Origin: Puccinia triticina
Taxonomy: Eukaryota
Length of the DNA: 64,000 nucleotides
Reading direction: 5' to 3'
Assembly: GCA_026914245.1 (NCBI GenBank)
Contig: CP110439.1
Span: 310,001 to 374,000, forward strand
In this document: in pieces, positions 1-14,942 of the stretch
Numbering within the stretch: the first letter of the stretch is position 1
Layout of the letters: every line of letters begins with the position of its first letter
Position numbers and translations under genes: made by a program
Notes under the pieces: generated by a model
Databases searched by the model: none
Seen by the model: the letters and a program-made list of their open reading frames with translations, nothing else
What the model was told of the DNA's origin: nothing

Positions 1-1357
1 TCTTCCAAGAATACTTTCATGCCTGGATTATATGAAGTCAGTATTGGAATTCCATGATTAATTTATGCTGATAGACATACTTGGCATCTCATTCAATCTT
101 CTAATTGTATTCCAGTATTCATCATCTTGATATACTGTTGATTCTCCATGGGGATATATTTTCTCTTCATCAGGATCTTATTATTTTGTATTTTTTGGTT
201 GAGTAAGTTTCAAGGAAGAAAATGATTGTGAGATAAATTCAGCACACCAACATTTTGTTTGGTTATCAGAGAAAAGGGATTAAAATTGAAACCACTCAAG
301 ACTTGATGGCTGGTCAGAAATCTTGACCAGCCTATCGATTTGTTCAAGGATCAAGTTTTTTCTAGGATTATTTCTATGCTCTTCCCCTGAATAAAATTCA
401 TCTTCAAAAACACACCCATTAACCAAATTATTTCAAAATTGACTGTGAGGCATGCAAAAGAAAACTGAAATCTTGTTTTCAAAAGGCTAAATACCTGTTA
501 ACCATATTAAAAGTCTTTTTGCTGATGCAACACTACTAGTGACCTCCTCCCGCGGTTTAACTGATCATTCAATTGGGGGAAAAATTTTCTAATTTTAGAA
601 GTGTTGAACATCAAAAATTATTCAGGAAAACTCACATTCTGGGGCATGGAGAGCCATTTCAAGTGATTTTTCAGCTTGATCAGGGCTTTGATATGGTGTC
701 ATTTCTCCAGAAATTTTCTCTGGGACCATTAATATTGTAATTGATTTGTTCATTTAGCCTTATGTGACAATTTTGCTGAAAAAAGGAAGATCAGTTTGAA
801 AGGAATTCCAACCTATTTTATTGTTTAATTCTTTAAAAAGTTCTATTTCCTGTTGAAATGGGTCTTCTTTAATTTGGAAAAAAACAGTAACTCAGTTGCT
901 GATGTTCATTTTATATTTTTGACAAAGGGATTGGGAATAATATGTGATAAGCCCCTTTGATTTAAAACACTTACCTTTTGATTCTTTGGATGTTCTAGAA
1001 GCTGAAAAAAAAAAAGAATCATCAACCATTTGCATCCAAAATTAACTAAACCAAACTCTGCCATTGTAGATTGATCAAGAAAAGATATCAAATAGACATA
1101 CCTTCTCCTGTATGAGTTCCTACCACATCCTTGATGAATCCTGGTATGAATGACCTCTTTTGCTTGTGACATGCTCCCAACATCTTATGTGGATAAGGAT
1201 GGGTGCTGTGGGCAACTGGAAAACTTTTGAAGGATCTTTTGACTAGGTTTTGTGAAAGTGAAAGTGGCTGTGCGGAAACATGATCTGTGAAGAGCTGGAA
1301 GCAAACTAAAATCTTGGTTAAGAGCATGGCTATGGATTTATGTATTGGCTTGATCAT
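1..1357 (-). pseudogene. Degenerate secreted-protein gene running off the window edge
   Basis: ORF 1088..1357 starts with a signal-peptide-like segment (MLLTKILVCFQLFTDHVSA-QP) and a KR (kexin-type) site. Downstream frames are broken by stops and shifts. The region is AT-rich and almost CpG-free. Confidence 0.45.
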
Positions 1358-2067
1358 TTTCCAGCTGGAATCAGCATTGGGAATGCCAATGATGGAGGAA
1401 CTGGGATGGTGAGAAGAGCATAAACACCAAGCTACATTGCTCTGTAATTTCCTCCTTGATCAGACAAACTACCAGTACTAGAAAGTACATGTATCATGTT
1501 TGGGTGCTTGTTATCTTTTAAATGTTGTATGGCAAGGTCATGCTGTTCATTTCACAAATGTTTGGTACACAAGTACTTCAGCAAGTATTTATTGCCAAGA
1601 TGAAAAATTGATCAGATTGGCAGCTTATTGTTGTTGTTACTGTTCCCCCAATTCTGTATGCCAATTCTCTGCATTGAGAAAAGTGGACAATATGGACCTG
1701 TAGAGTGTGTACAATGTCAGTGGCCCAACCGGACTTGAGTGTACCAGTCCTTGAACACGGCCAGTGTTTTGACTTGAATCTGTGGGCTGAAACACAGAAA
1801 CACCTTCTTGGGCAGCCTGGGCAACAGTTCTGCAATGTATTGAGTCAAAGACTGTGCAAGCAGCAGCATATTTTGTGCAGTGATGAGGGAATGTCTCAAC
1901 TCAACCCAGATGCTCTACAGTTTTAGAGGGCACCATCTTATTGTGTCAGCCGTTGGCATGCAGCAAGTGCTTAAAGGGCTCTGGAGTGCATGGGAAGCCC
2001 TACATTCACAACAATTAGGGCTTCTGGTTGGGTAGAATTCATAATCTAGAATTCTAGAAACAGGGAC

Positions 2068-2515
2068 TAAACCTTACAGCTTACTACTGGTGAAGCTTGA
2101 TTGAGTTAGGGTTCCAGCATTAAACAAGGTTTAGAATGTCCTTCCAAATCAAGCCATCATGCAGCACTAGGACGTCCTGCATTGGCATCCTTCTAGATTC
2201 AACAGGAAGTGCTTATTGGTGACTTCCTGTCACATCTGGGACCCTTGCAGTTGTGGATATATCCCCCAAAAACTCTAGATTTTTGCAGGGAAATCTAGCT
2301 TTTGGGGCTCCAGATCACTTCTGGGAGGTCCCCAGATATCAGCAGGAAGCCATCCATTGGAGGACTTCCTGTTGGCTAAAATGCTTGATCTGAAGGGAAA
2401 TGGCAAAACCTTACTTGCTGGTAAAAATTGATTGAGATTGAACTTTCACCCCCAAATAAGGTTTAGAAGACCTCTCTAAATTAAGCCATTTGAGGTGACT
2501 GGAAGTCCTCCATTG
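2068..2515. repeat. Degenerate repeat with internal direct and inverted motifs (probable non-autonomous transposon relic)
   Basis: Diverged direct repeats aaggtttagaa..aagccat (~2129 and ~2458). Two aggaag..cttcctgt hairpins (~2204, ~2344). cattggaggacttcc (~2354) is inverted against ggaagtcctccattg (~2501). Confidence 0.4.
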
Positions 2516-3333
2516 AATTAGGTTAAGCGCATCTCCAACAGTCCAGGGGTTGGTTGGTTTGCCTTTAGCAGCCTGTAAGTGGATGTCCCAAGCTGTTGCT
2601 GATGGGTTACAGATAGTTGATGTGGGGTGTATCTCACACTACAGGCCCCAGCTGCAAAAGGGTCTACACCCTGCCAACTTTGGCAGCCCTTTTGCTGGCA
2701 CCACTGGAGATCAAGAATGCCTTCCGGGCCGCCAAAAGGTTGCACACAACAGCAGCTCTGTTGTAGATGCAACCCAAATCATCACCCAGGCCATTGACCT
2801 TGATGTATGTGGAGATTGACAGCAGAGGAATCAGTAAGATAGTGTTCTTTCTCTATATGCAGATCGGCTTTTTGGCTCAGCTCCACATTCCCTTCAACCC
2901 TGACTACTACATGTACTCCCCCACTCTGCATCATTGGTCCCCCCTCAAAACAGCGGTACTAAAAGAAGAGCCAGAAAGAGGTAAGGTGCGATGAGGAGAG
3001 CGGGACAGCAGCATGAAGAGTGCAGCAACATATGATGCATGAACATGGGGAAAAAAGGAAGAAAGAAAAAGAAGAAAAAGACTGAAACTAAAAAAAAAGA
3101 AGAAAGGAAAGCATACAATAGGCGGAGAAACGTAATGGTTGTGAGGGTGTGTGTGTGGGTGGAGAGAGGCAATGGATGTGGACAGGGCAAGGACAAAGAG
3201 GTAGGGCTTCGGAACAGGGGTTTTTCTTCTAACACAAAAAAACATGGTGAAGAGTGGAGACGAGCTGGGCCCTGAAGCGAGTGAGATCGGGGGTGAAGAC
3301 ACGCACATCTGATGGGGGGAGAAGAGAGAAGAT

Positions 3334-3352
3334 GTGTGTGTGTGTGTGTGTG
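3334..3352. repeat. (GT)n microsatellite in the ARF1 3' region
   Basis: gtgtgtgtgtgtgtgtgtg seen directly. Confidence 0.9.
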
Positions 3353-3414
3353 GAAGGAGACAACGACACGTTATACTTTTGATTCACTGATCTTCGTTTC
3401 CCGGTGCGAGATGA

Positions 3415-4695
<1,281 letters not shown>

Positions 4696-5288
4696 CTAAA
4701 ACCCTGTATTGTATTTTATGACGGCAAAACAACACGAGCAAGACTAGCGCTTTCAAGCAACTGTTCTTTTGCAAAATATAGAGGAAGAGGTCCTGATCGC
4801 TCAGGATCACCCAATCACCTATCTAGTAGATAGGATTGGGTGGTCTACGGCGCACAGATTGTTCAACAACCAACACAAAATTCGATTCCTCGAATACAAG
4901 CAAATGGCCCCTTCTAATCTCAATGAGCCGCTGATGGATTGGACAAACAAGCAACCCTCCGCCATTGCCTTGTCAAGGCTTTGTCAGAGTACGCATCGGA
5001 AAAGCAGCATGATCATGTGGCAATCATTGGAAAAGCTGGAGTTTCATGTCAAGTTCCCGAGAGTCTAGAAACACTTGAGATCGAATCAAGCTTTCTTCGA
5101 AAAAAACCATGCCACAGGGAAGGGATTCCAGGCAGTGTGATCGCCACCATGGGCAGATCATGTTCGAGTGACTGGGTATGGTTATCATGTCCATTCAGTA
5201 ATTAGGTTGAATAGAGAGATATAGGACTATAAACAATGAACAATGTGCTTATAGGCATGTGGTGTAATTAATCCTAAATTAGTGGAGA

Positions 5289-6631
5289 TTATTCTCGAGG
5301 GGGCGAGTCAGACTGCTTGCAACATGTGTTAGGGCTGTGACCCTCCGGAGGTGAATCCGAGCTCAAGTGCCATCTCCACCACCAAAACCAACGTCGTTTC
5401 TGTGGTGGTGGATTGGAGAGGTGTGAAGCTGGCTTGACGGATGACGGGTCTGCGCTGAATTCATCCTCTAATTGTTTCAATTCGGCTTCTTCTGCAGCTG
5501 TTAGTGAGTCATCCTCGTGATCTTCATCTTCCTCGGAGTCGTGTTCGGATGCCGTCGATTCCTTTTTTCCTGGTCGGAGCATCTCGCTAATCAGTCTCTG
5601 TTTCTCCTTAGCCCGGAGTCGAAGTTCTCGGAGACGGCTTTTCAAAGGCGAGGCTGGTGCTAGCGAAGGCGGGTAGTTTATTTTTTCCGCATTCAGAAGA
5701 GGCTCTCGAAGCGGCGAGGACGGTCGTAATAATTTGATTATCAATTCGAGACCATGTCTCGACTGGCTTGGCAATGTAATCCACAATAAAGGGGTCAGTA
5801 TATACTTTCTTGCCCAATACAGTGTCTCCATAGAGCTCCAAGAACAAACATTTCTTGACTGTCGCTGAAATCGACTGATTCCATACTGCTCGATCCGCCT
5901 CCGGATCGCATAAAATCCCCATGATGATGTAACTTTCACAGATGACGTGGCTTCAGTTCTAGAAAATAAAGCACAACATAATAACCGAAAGAAAAGGATG
6001 CTCCATGAGTTCTCATAGACCACTGATTGAATTTGGAAGGGATGAGCTAGGTAGGAGGCTTCTGCCCACGTCCAATTCTGATCCGATCGTCGAACAAAAC
6101 ATGGCTAGTTTGGTCCGGGAGCTTGGCTAATGATGAAAAGGGGTGTGCAAGGGTGCCGGCAAATACTCACACCTCACCTAGGGCTCGCAGGGTGATCTGT
6201 TCAACCACCTCCATCACACGGCGATGATCCAGATTTCGATTGGATAACGTCATCGTCCCGTCCAATATATTGATTGTAGACTCTTCCAGAACCCAAGTTT
6301 CCGACTTCTCGACGATTCCTCTCGGAGCCCAAGACGGAAGGGTACCTCGTTTCAAGACGAGGCGTATGGAGCGCAAGATACCTGACTCAGCATCCCAGCT
6401 ACGCTCAAGGGTATCGGCCGTGATCACATGGGGCGCGAAAGGGTTCGGGTAACGTAGTGTGAACGCTTGACAAACAAACCGGAAGGGATGACTGGAATCA
6501 AATAACAAAAGGAAGGTCGAATCATTATTCGATCAGTGTGAGAAAGAAACAAAACCAAAACAAGATGAAACTGAAACATCAGTGGGCTTCACACACGGAA
6601 ATACTAGTTCATCAAGATGCGAAAGCACCAT
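5289..6631 (-). CDS. PRELI/MSF1-domain mitochondrial intermembrane-space lipid-transfer protein (Ups1/Ups2 family), spliced
   Basis: First exon MVLSHLDELVF. PRELI motif AFTLRYPNPFAPHVI.ADTLER...SIRLVLKRG.LP.W...LEES. C-terminal RRIEQYGISRF. Confidence 0.88.
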
Positions 6632-7739
6632 CGTTCATGTTGAATGTCGAGGCTACTCTTCAACAATTCCCCCGAACGAGATAAGGACGACTCGATAGTT
6701 GTCGGATGGTGTCGATGACGATGGCGTTCTGTCTGGACATCCAGGAACCCGGTCAGTTTGTTTTGATATTAAATTTCTGACATTGCATACAATTATGCAC
6801 TTTCTCTTCGCGCAGCAAGCACCGCAGTTCTGTGATGTACATACAAAAAGAAATGTATTACAATATTTTCTTGTTGGGAGCAGAGTCCAAAGACAAATTT
6901 GAAGGTGCCGGCCCTGGTCGTCCACTTCAGCCTTGTCAAACCAGCTGGTTCGTCCTCTCTCTCCCTTCCCTTAGCCACAATCCTCCTCTGTGGCCTTCGA
7001 ACATCAACTGGCCGGCATGAAAACACAGGTTTTGAACGAGCCTTGCATACACGCCACCAAGTCCTTTGTACCCAGAGGGGGGACTGATGAAATTCGGGTG
7101 GTCCTCTATGCGGGGGCTTCGCGCCACTGCCCCCTGCCAGCCTCCAGGCCAGGGACCTGGGCTCAAGTTGGCTGTCCCGCAAGGACCCTCCGAAATTTGT
7201 ATCGACTACAAGACATTGAAGGACTTTAACCTTGTTGTGACCTATTATCCTACTTGGCTGCGGCTCAGCTCGGAGGAGAAGGTATCCCCCCTCTGGCTAG
7301 GCACTAGTACAATAGCATCACATTATCCACTGCTCACGCTACAACAAAACTTAGCTCACTTATGATCCGGGAGAGCGGGAAGCTAGCAGAAAATCTCCCA
7401 GATTTTTGTGAAGGTATGTACCTATTAGACTGGAATAGTTTTTGTCACTGCTGTCGAAAGCCTGCTGGCACTGCAGTTTGAAAACAATTGCGCCCATGAC
7501 TGTGAGAATGAGAGGAGACTCTAACTTGAAATTAAGATAGCTGTATAGGCTGATCTTAAACTACACTGGAGTCGAGGCATGGTGGGCAACAACGCAGGTA
7601 ACTAAGTCGACCAGATTCTGTAGAAACCTGCTCAAATATTTATGTGAGTGGAAAATCGAAAAAGGAAAGAGCTTCTCACTTTGCACCTCAACAAAATGCG
7701 AACATGAAGATGGAGATCGAAGGGGATTGAAAAATTGAT

Positions 7740-10220
7740 TTACATACCATGGTTCTGTATATCATGAGGTGAAGGATCCACAGATCTTAATCCTAGGAGA
7801 TCGATGAATTTATCATCTTCTGTCTGAGCTGAGCTCTGATTTGCGCTTCCAAAATCGGATTGTAGGCCGTATCCTTGATGAAAATATTCGGTTTCTAATG
7901 GGTTGGTCTGAGAGCTGTTGTTCGGCGGCTCAGTGCTCTCAGTGACCGAGGTAGGCTTCAAGTCTTCGTCGGTTCGTGTAGTTGGGCTTGTAGATCTCCT
8001 GGTGAAGTCTGAGGTAGATACGGCTCCGTCATTTAGTGTGTCAGGCTCTTTCGTGCGATCCGAATCGTGCTGACTGTAATAAGAGCCACTTTCGCTTGAT
8101 GATTGATCTAGGAAGTCGCTCAGTTTAACCCATGGCTCATCAGCTACGTTGGGGTTATGCTCGCTTTTAAACCTTTTGGAGATGAATGAGTCATCCTTGC
8201 TCGAGGAATCGACATCTGAAGGTTCATCGACCGGTTTGGAGCCCAGGTCTGTCAGTTTTTCCAGTGTCGATGAAGGTAGGAAGTTGTAGGCATTCCAAGG
8301 GAGCTCGATATTCAACGCTTTCAATCCCTCAACTTTCTGAAGACCTTGCGAGATTTTAGAGGAATTCTTTGGCCGACTGTTGTCCAATTCTTGTATCCTA
8401 AACTCGTCGAGATGGGAGGGAAGTAGTTCCTTGTGGATTTCATGTTTGCTAATGGGCGCATCGGGGACTTCAACTTTTGAGATGAAGCAAATCATTCAGT
8501 CGGATACATATGTATTTACATGAATAGATTAATCAAAAACACTCCAATCCATATCTGTCCTCACCTGGAATCCTTTTAAGTTTTGTGTGCAGATTGGCTG
8601 CTTCTCCCGGACTTCCAAAGATTTGGTGTTCGAATCGCTGGTTGTCCCATCCTCTGTTTGCAACCAATTGATTTAAGATCTCGAAAGAACCCTCGCAGCC
8701 TTCTTTACTGTCGCCTTCTGCTGGTTCAGGTGTCAGAGAAGCTTGCAAAAGTTGATGCTCATCAAATAAACAGCTGGCCATATCCCAGTGGTTCCTCAGG
8801 TTGAAAGACGTAGATCTATTCGTATGCAAAGGCATTCGTTCGGTCCGACTAAAGAGTACTGTCTCGAATGGATTCTCTAGGTTTTCAACCTTATCCCAGT
8901 TAGTCGGGTCCGCCGAGGGGGACAGAAACTCGATGGCAGCATCTTTTTGAACGACATCTTCAGACGGTATTGGGCTAGACGGCGGAGTACAAGATGGACG
9001 TAGAAAAGAATCTAAGAGATTTTTCGAAGTAAATGGTTTTTTAGGAATGATGTACCGCCGCATTGAGGAAAATTAAGGCTTGCCTAAATCGTTCCAAGTA
9101 TCATTTGACAAGATGGGACTGCTGCATTGATGAATTTCTTCTTGTTGAAGGCTGCCGATGACCGAGTTGACGAATGCATTGGCCTGTGTATGCCACAGTT
9201 CTGCAGAGCTCGATGATTGTCTAGGCATCAACGGCGGTGAGATTGCGTGTCGTGAAGTTTCGCTTGGCTTTTGCGTCAGAATTATATTCACAGGAAAAGA
9301 GGAACACTATCAACAAACCGATAGTATTGCCACCTATTAAGCAACAGAAGTTCACTGAGGCAGAAAGAAAGGTACCTACCAGAGTTTCTTCCAGCTCGAG
9401 CAGGTCACTATCCATCCTGATCAAAGGGGAACGAGTCCCGAAAATTTCTTCTCTCTGCAATTTGATATCTTTGATTTTTCGGTACTGTGAGGACGACAGC
9501 TGGTGTGCGGTATCTCTGAAGACAAGTAACCAGTGATCAGTGGAATATATCTCCTGGGGTCAATGCAGACTGGATCTGTTGATAACTGACGATAATTCTT
9601 CCGGCGTTGGAATATGGATATGAGTCTCCTCACCCACAATGACGTCGTTGAAGGTCTGTTGACCATCAAGAGAAAGGTCATTCTTGATTGTTTTCGAGTC
9701 ATCAGGTTGTAAACTGATAGTAGCATGACGACGGTTCCTTTGGAGGATGTAATCGCCCATGATATGAGTGAGTTGAGGCTCGAATAACCCATCTGAAACA
9801 ATACGAACCATTGGTAATGGAATATCAGTCGAGGTTGTGCATTATGACATATTTAGTTATTGTTTTGGGTACTCGCTGACCGCCCCACCAATCTGAATCG
9901 GCCAAGTCTAAATGTTGAGATGACTTGACCGAATCGCGGAATCTTCTAGCGTAGGTTATTGGAGCTTGAGGAATGAGCCAGTTGTCCAGAAAAATTGATT
10001 CCAGTGGTTGGTGATGCTCTTGTCCAGCCTGAGCCGTGATCAGGTCTAGAGAGCTCCAGGTCTGCTTGATATCCTCATGAAGTGATTGGGATGGCGGTAC
10101 GAGCTGGAAGGCGGTCGAAAAGCCCATGACCAACTCTTCAGCGAAGTCGAATGTCCATTCTGGATCACAAGTCAGACTGTGATGGTGAGCGTATTCCAGT
10201 ATCTTCGACTGGGGAGTCAT
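7740..10220 (-). CDS. Multi-exon hypothetical protein, Ser/Pro/acidic-rich; 3' end uncertain
   Basis: A chain of same-strand ORFs (10220-9825, 9811-9560, 9460-9221, 9291-9073, 9063-8533, 8495-7740) can be joined by plausible introns. No domain recognised. Confidence 0.65.
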
Positions 10221-10619
10221 CTTGTCATTGAGCAGATGGTAGCTTCAGAGAAGGACGTGGTGAGGATTGACCGTGACCGTTCTCCTTTCTGGCTGCTGTG
10301 CTTCAAGTTACACGACTGTGCTGACTTGGGAGCTGACACATATAGTCAACTTCCCGCTTCTTGGTATTTATCATCTCCCTTTCAGCTGGGCTAGAGCCAA
10401 TCGCATGTAAGTCTATGTGCCCGAGCTTTCAGCTCATTTTGTCGAGATTTCTAACCACCAGATGAATTGCTTGTTATCAACAAAAAGCTAAACGCTACAA
10501 ATTGGATACAAAAAAGCTCCTGGATAGTAGCCGGTCTCATATGATACAACCGTAAACCCGATTAATCCAACGAGGAAAGTCTATGGAAGCGAAACATCAA
10601 CGGGATACTGATGGCAACT

Positions 10620-12226
10620 CTAATCGAGCTTGGCTGGAAGTTTGTTGGAGGGAGGATAGAGGGCATCGCGATATACACCACATGCTCCGGACTTTCCACC
10701 TGCTTGGGCGCCCCAGCCGACAAGTCCTTTCCAATTGATCCACTCGCTCTTGAGTCCCTCTAGTAATTCATCTTTTTCCACCCATACGGCCTCGATCCAA
10801 TTCTTCAATTCGCATTCGTCTTTCGGAAGTTCTGCGATCGCCCACCGTCGGGTATGGATGTGGAACTTGTATTTCGGACTCAATCTGCTCAAGCTGTTGA
10901 TCGTCACCATATCCGGTGCCTTCCCAAATCCTTTTGGCCCGTTGTAAGCCAAAGTTACGTCTGAGAGAAGGGAAAAGTAGAGCAGGCACCGTCAGGATCA
11001 ATGGTGCACATCCGAGAACTTCTTTTTTGTGGGGTAAAAGGACGCACCATAAACATGTGTTACTTGGCTATTACGTAGCTCTTTAATTGGTGAAAAAAGT
11101 GATAGGACATATAATAAGCTTTCAAATCGCTTTCAGGCATCCAAATCTAATGTGAGCCGATACGTACCTCTCACGGCGGCTATAAAGCCTTTGGTGCGAG
11201 CTGCAAGCAGGTTGTTTAAAACTTTCTTCCCATCGTCTCTGCAATATTTCTGACTCTACAAAACCGAAAGGAAAAATGAATAGAAAGTATGTAAATGTAA
11301 GTTTCAAATCATTCAGTGACATCAAATCACCAGGAAAAACAGGAAAAGGAACGGCAGCGAAATACTTACCTTTTCTAGTTTTTCAGGGGTTAGCCTAGTA
11401 CCTTCGAGGAAGCTCACTAGCCATACTTTTTTACCGATCCCCGGAGGCTGTTTCAATCCTTTGAAAGCTTGACTTATTGAGTCGGAATCCTTCAACCAAT
11501 CCCTGGTCACCATTACCATTCCTATTAACTAATCAACCCCGGAAAATACTGTTGATCAGAATTTCAATAGTTGCACCAAGTGGTGCGCAGTAAAAGATGA
11601 CAAGAAAAACAGACGTGGTCGAAGCATCGAGTCTCGTGTGCCAATTCTCTTGTAAATATGTACTTACATACATACTCCAGCCAAAGATTGGTAGTTGCCA
11701 CTTTAGATCCGACTTGACAAACCATCGTCCGTAAGGTAACATTTTTTTTCGTCCCGCAAGCCCATTCTGGACGTTCAGGACCCCAAATACAAATCATCAG
11801 TCGAGCTCTTCCCTCATTATTTCTCAAAGAGAGAGAGGGCTTACAATCAAGTAAAAATCAGAATACGACAAGTGATTTGCTGGATAAGGCCATTGATCAA
11901 TATGAGAAGCGTCAGCAATTATGCCGCACTGAAGAATCTCGAAGGGGTGAAGACGAGTACTGACCGACGACGATTGCATTCTCATTGGGAGGTATCACAT
12001 CACCAGAGAAGGTGATCGCAGCGCCATGACGGTGTTCGAAGACGTACTGCATTCGGTTCCATAAGAAGAAGGCAATATGCGAATTGATCGTGTACGCCAG
12101 TAGTTCATCAAAGGGCATGATGAGGATCGATGTCACGATAAATAGTAGATTGGCGACCAGACATATGAGGAAGAACCATCCAAAGTAGAACACCAATCGG
12201 ATTACGGGGTGGATCTCTATTCCCAT
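10620..12226 (-). CDS. Lysophospholipid acyltransferase (AGPAT/LCLAT, PlsC-type), spliced
   Basis: N-terminal TM segment, NHLSYSD (NHX4D) motif in a small exon near 11860-11880, FLEGTR motif, and acyltransferase C-terminal W..KD..L. Confidence 0.9.
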
Positions 12227-12595
12227 CTTGAAAAGCTGGCCCGTCTGTGAAGTCCGATTGTTTTGCGTGGAAGTACTTGAGTTTCGGTTGGTTAAATTCG
12301 TTGGGGGATGGGTGGTTGTCGTTTATATGTACCCAAAGCAGACGGTTGCGAACTGTTGCGAATCACTGCAATCCGTTTGCATGTAAGCCCATATGTATGT
12401 ACTTGGAGTATGGCTTTGTAGATCTATGGAGCTTGATTTAAGTCCATAATTGCTGTCTCGGATCGGCGACGAAGTTAAGCCCCCCTCGGAGCCGGGGCAG
12501 GGCCACCTCCTCTGCAAACACTCGCCCGCTGGCTGAACCCTTCCAAACCACACTGTCGGAGTAATAGACTCATCAGGAACCCACGCAAGCTGCAG

Positions 12596-14268
12596 ATGGC
12601 CGTCTCTCCGCCCAAGCCATGGGAGCGTGGGACCACCAACAACACGAACAGTTCCTCACTCCCAAGTCAGACGACTACCGGCTCCTCATCATCCAACGGA
12701 GCCACCGAGCAGCCGGACGCACCGAGCTTACCCCCCAGGCCATCCAACTTATTCGATTCGAACTCAACCTCACTCCAACCCTCTAGCAGCTCATTCAACC
12801 CGGCCGGTACGTCTCATCAGTCCAAGAGCTCAGAGCTGACAAGTCGCTAATCACCCCACTTCGTCCTGATCGCCACCCAGGTTATTCCTCGTCGTTTTCT
12901 GGTGGCAGCCCCGTAAGATGTTTTGGCTTTTTTTTTGTTCTTGTAACTATTCTTCCTGATCTTTCTGTTGAGGTTTTCTTGTCCTGCATCAATACACAGT
13001 ATTCATCCAGATATGGAGGAGGCTACGGCGTGTCGTCGGGCTATGGTGGCTATGGCGGTTATTCGAGAATGGGCGGGCTCGGTTCGTACGGTGGAATGAG
13101 CTCATACGGGGGAGGGTATGGTGGCTACGGTGGCGGGATGGGCTACGGTGGTCTAGGTGGATACGGTGGGATGGGCGGGTATGGCGGATTGAACAACCAG
13201 ATGGGCCAGATGGGTATCAATGGTCCAGTTGATCCGTCTATGATCCAGCCGACTCTCAGCCAAACACTTGCCAATTCAACTCAGTCCACCTTCCAACTCC
13301 TCGAATCGCTCGTCATGGCCTTCTCTGGCTTCAGTCAACTCTTGGAATCAACCTTCATGATGACCCATTCGAGCTTCTTCACCTTCATCCAACTGATCGA
13401 ACAATTCAACCTCTTCAAATTCAGCATCGGCAAGATCTTGAGCTTGTTCGATCTGCTCAAATGGGCCAAAGGTGTCATCACCGGCACCAACCACTCATCA
13501 GATCAAAACCCATGGTCGGATACTTTCAAAAACTTTGACCCGAGGAACTTGTCTGGCTCTCCCGAAGGTAATAAAGGAACACAGACGCCCCGGCCATCCA
13601 GAAAACCGATCGTAATCTTCTTTCTGACGGTGTTCGGGATCCCCTATCTGATGAACAAGCTCGTCCGATCAATTATCAACAAACAAAAACAACGACAAGC
13701 TGCCTTCCCTCCAAACCCATTAAACCCTTCAATATCACCCGAACAGCAAGTCACACTCTCAGTCGATCCTAGCAAACTGACGTTCGTCAAAGCGATTCAT
13801 CCTTATCATCCTATCACCCGAGATGATGATATCAACCAGCTCAATCCGGCCGAGAAGGAGTTGAAGTTTGAGAAAAACGAGGTGATTGCAGTCCTCCTAC
13901 CGATGACGATCGAAGAAAGACGGTCGATAGGCTGGTGGAAAGGCCGAACGAGGGACGGTCGGATTGGCTGGTTCCCGAAGAATTATGTCGAAGAAATCAT
14001 CATCAACCCTTCCTCAACCCCATCGCCACCTCCCCAACAACAACAACAGACCGCCCAAAATCACAGCAAACCGAACCGAACTGTTCAATTTGATGACCAG
14101 AAATTCCCTCAAAACGGGCCCACTAAGCCAGACCAGGACCTTCTCCAAAAAGATACTCAGCACACCCCCAAACTTCAAAAAGAAACTGATGATCTTGAAC
14201 CGGAAGATCGTCCAACGCAACAGCAGAATCAGCGACAAAGGTTGGGCATGGCTACGATGAAATACTGA
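12596..14268 (+). CDS. PEX13: Peroxin 13, peroxisomal docking-complex protein
   Basis: N-terminal SPPKPWE, YG-rich region, TFQLLESLV.AF.GF.Q.LEST.M.THSSFF core, TM segment and SH3 domain (WWKGR..DGRIGWFP.NYV). Includes a microexon at ~12881-12912. Confidence 0.96.
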
Positions 14269-14942
14269 ACGCTATCTTTCCCTCAAATCATTCCCCATTT
14301 CCTGTCGTTCCCAATCACGCGCCTTTTTTCCCCCGATGTATCAATCTTATTCAAAGGTTGCATTCATCATTCGCAGACGTTCTATTTTTTTTTTTTTGGG
14401 GGGGGGGGTGATTGATACAAGATTATTTTTCTATTTCTATTTCTATAGTCCAATCTTTTAATTTTTGAGGGGGTAGGGGGATAAGAAACTTTTTCTTTTT
14501 TTCGACCAACTTGTTTCTATTTATTTATGTATTTTTTTTGTAAACAAACTCACTCTTGACTGACTGTGTAGTACTTTATCTTTGGTGAATGTTTTTTTTC
14601 CCTCATGCCAGACGACCAATACATGCTCAAAAAACAAAAGAAAAGATATTGTGTACTGTCAAGAGAAGCTGGCTCAAGCAGAAAAACTCCTCGCGACCAC
14701 TCAACCGAGGTGCTTCTGACATCATAGTGCAGGACAAGATGATACATAGGAACGAAGTTTCTTCGGAACATGGCTCATCCAGCTAGAATGCTTCGAGCTG
14801 TCCTTTCCTGTGTCTTGTGGATATGTTGGGAAGAATTTTGGAGATGTTGTGACAGGTCGATGGGCTTTCACGCCCAGCCAGACAGGAGCAAGCCAACAAC
14901 AGCCCCACTGCAAGCCATCCCCCACCCCAACAACAACCAGCC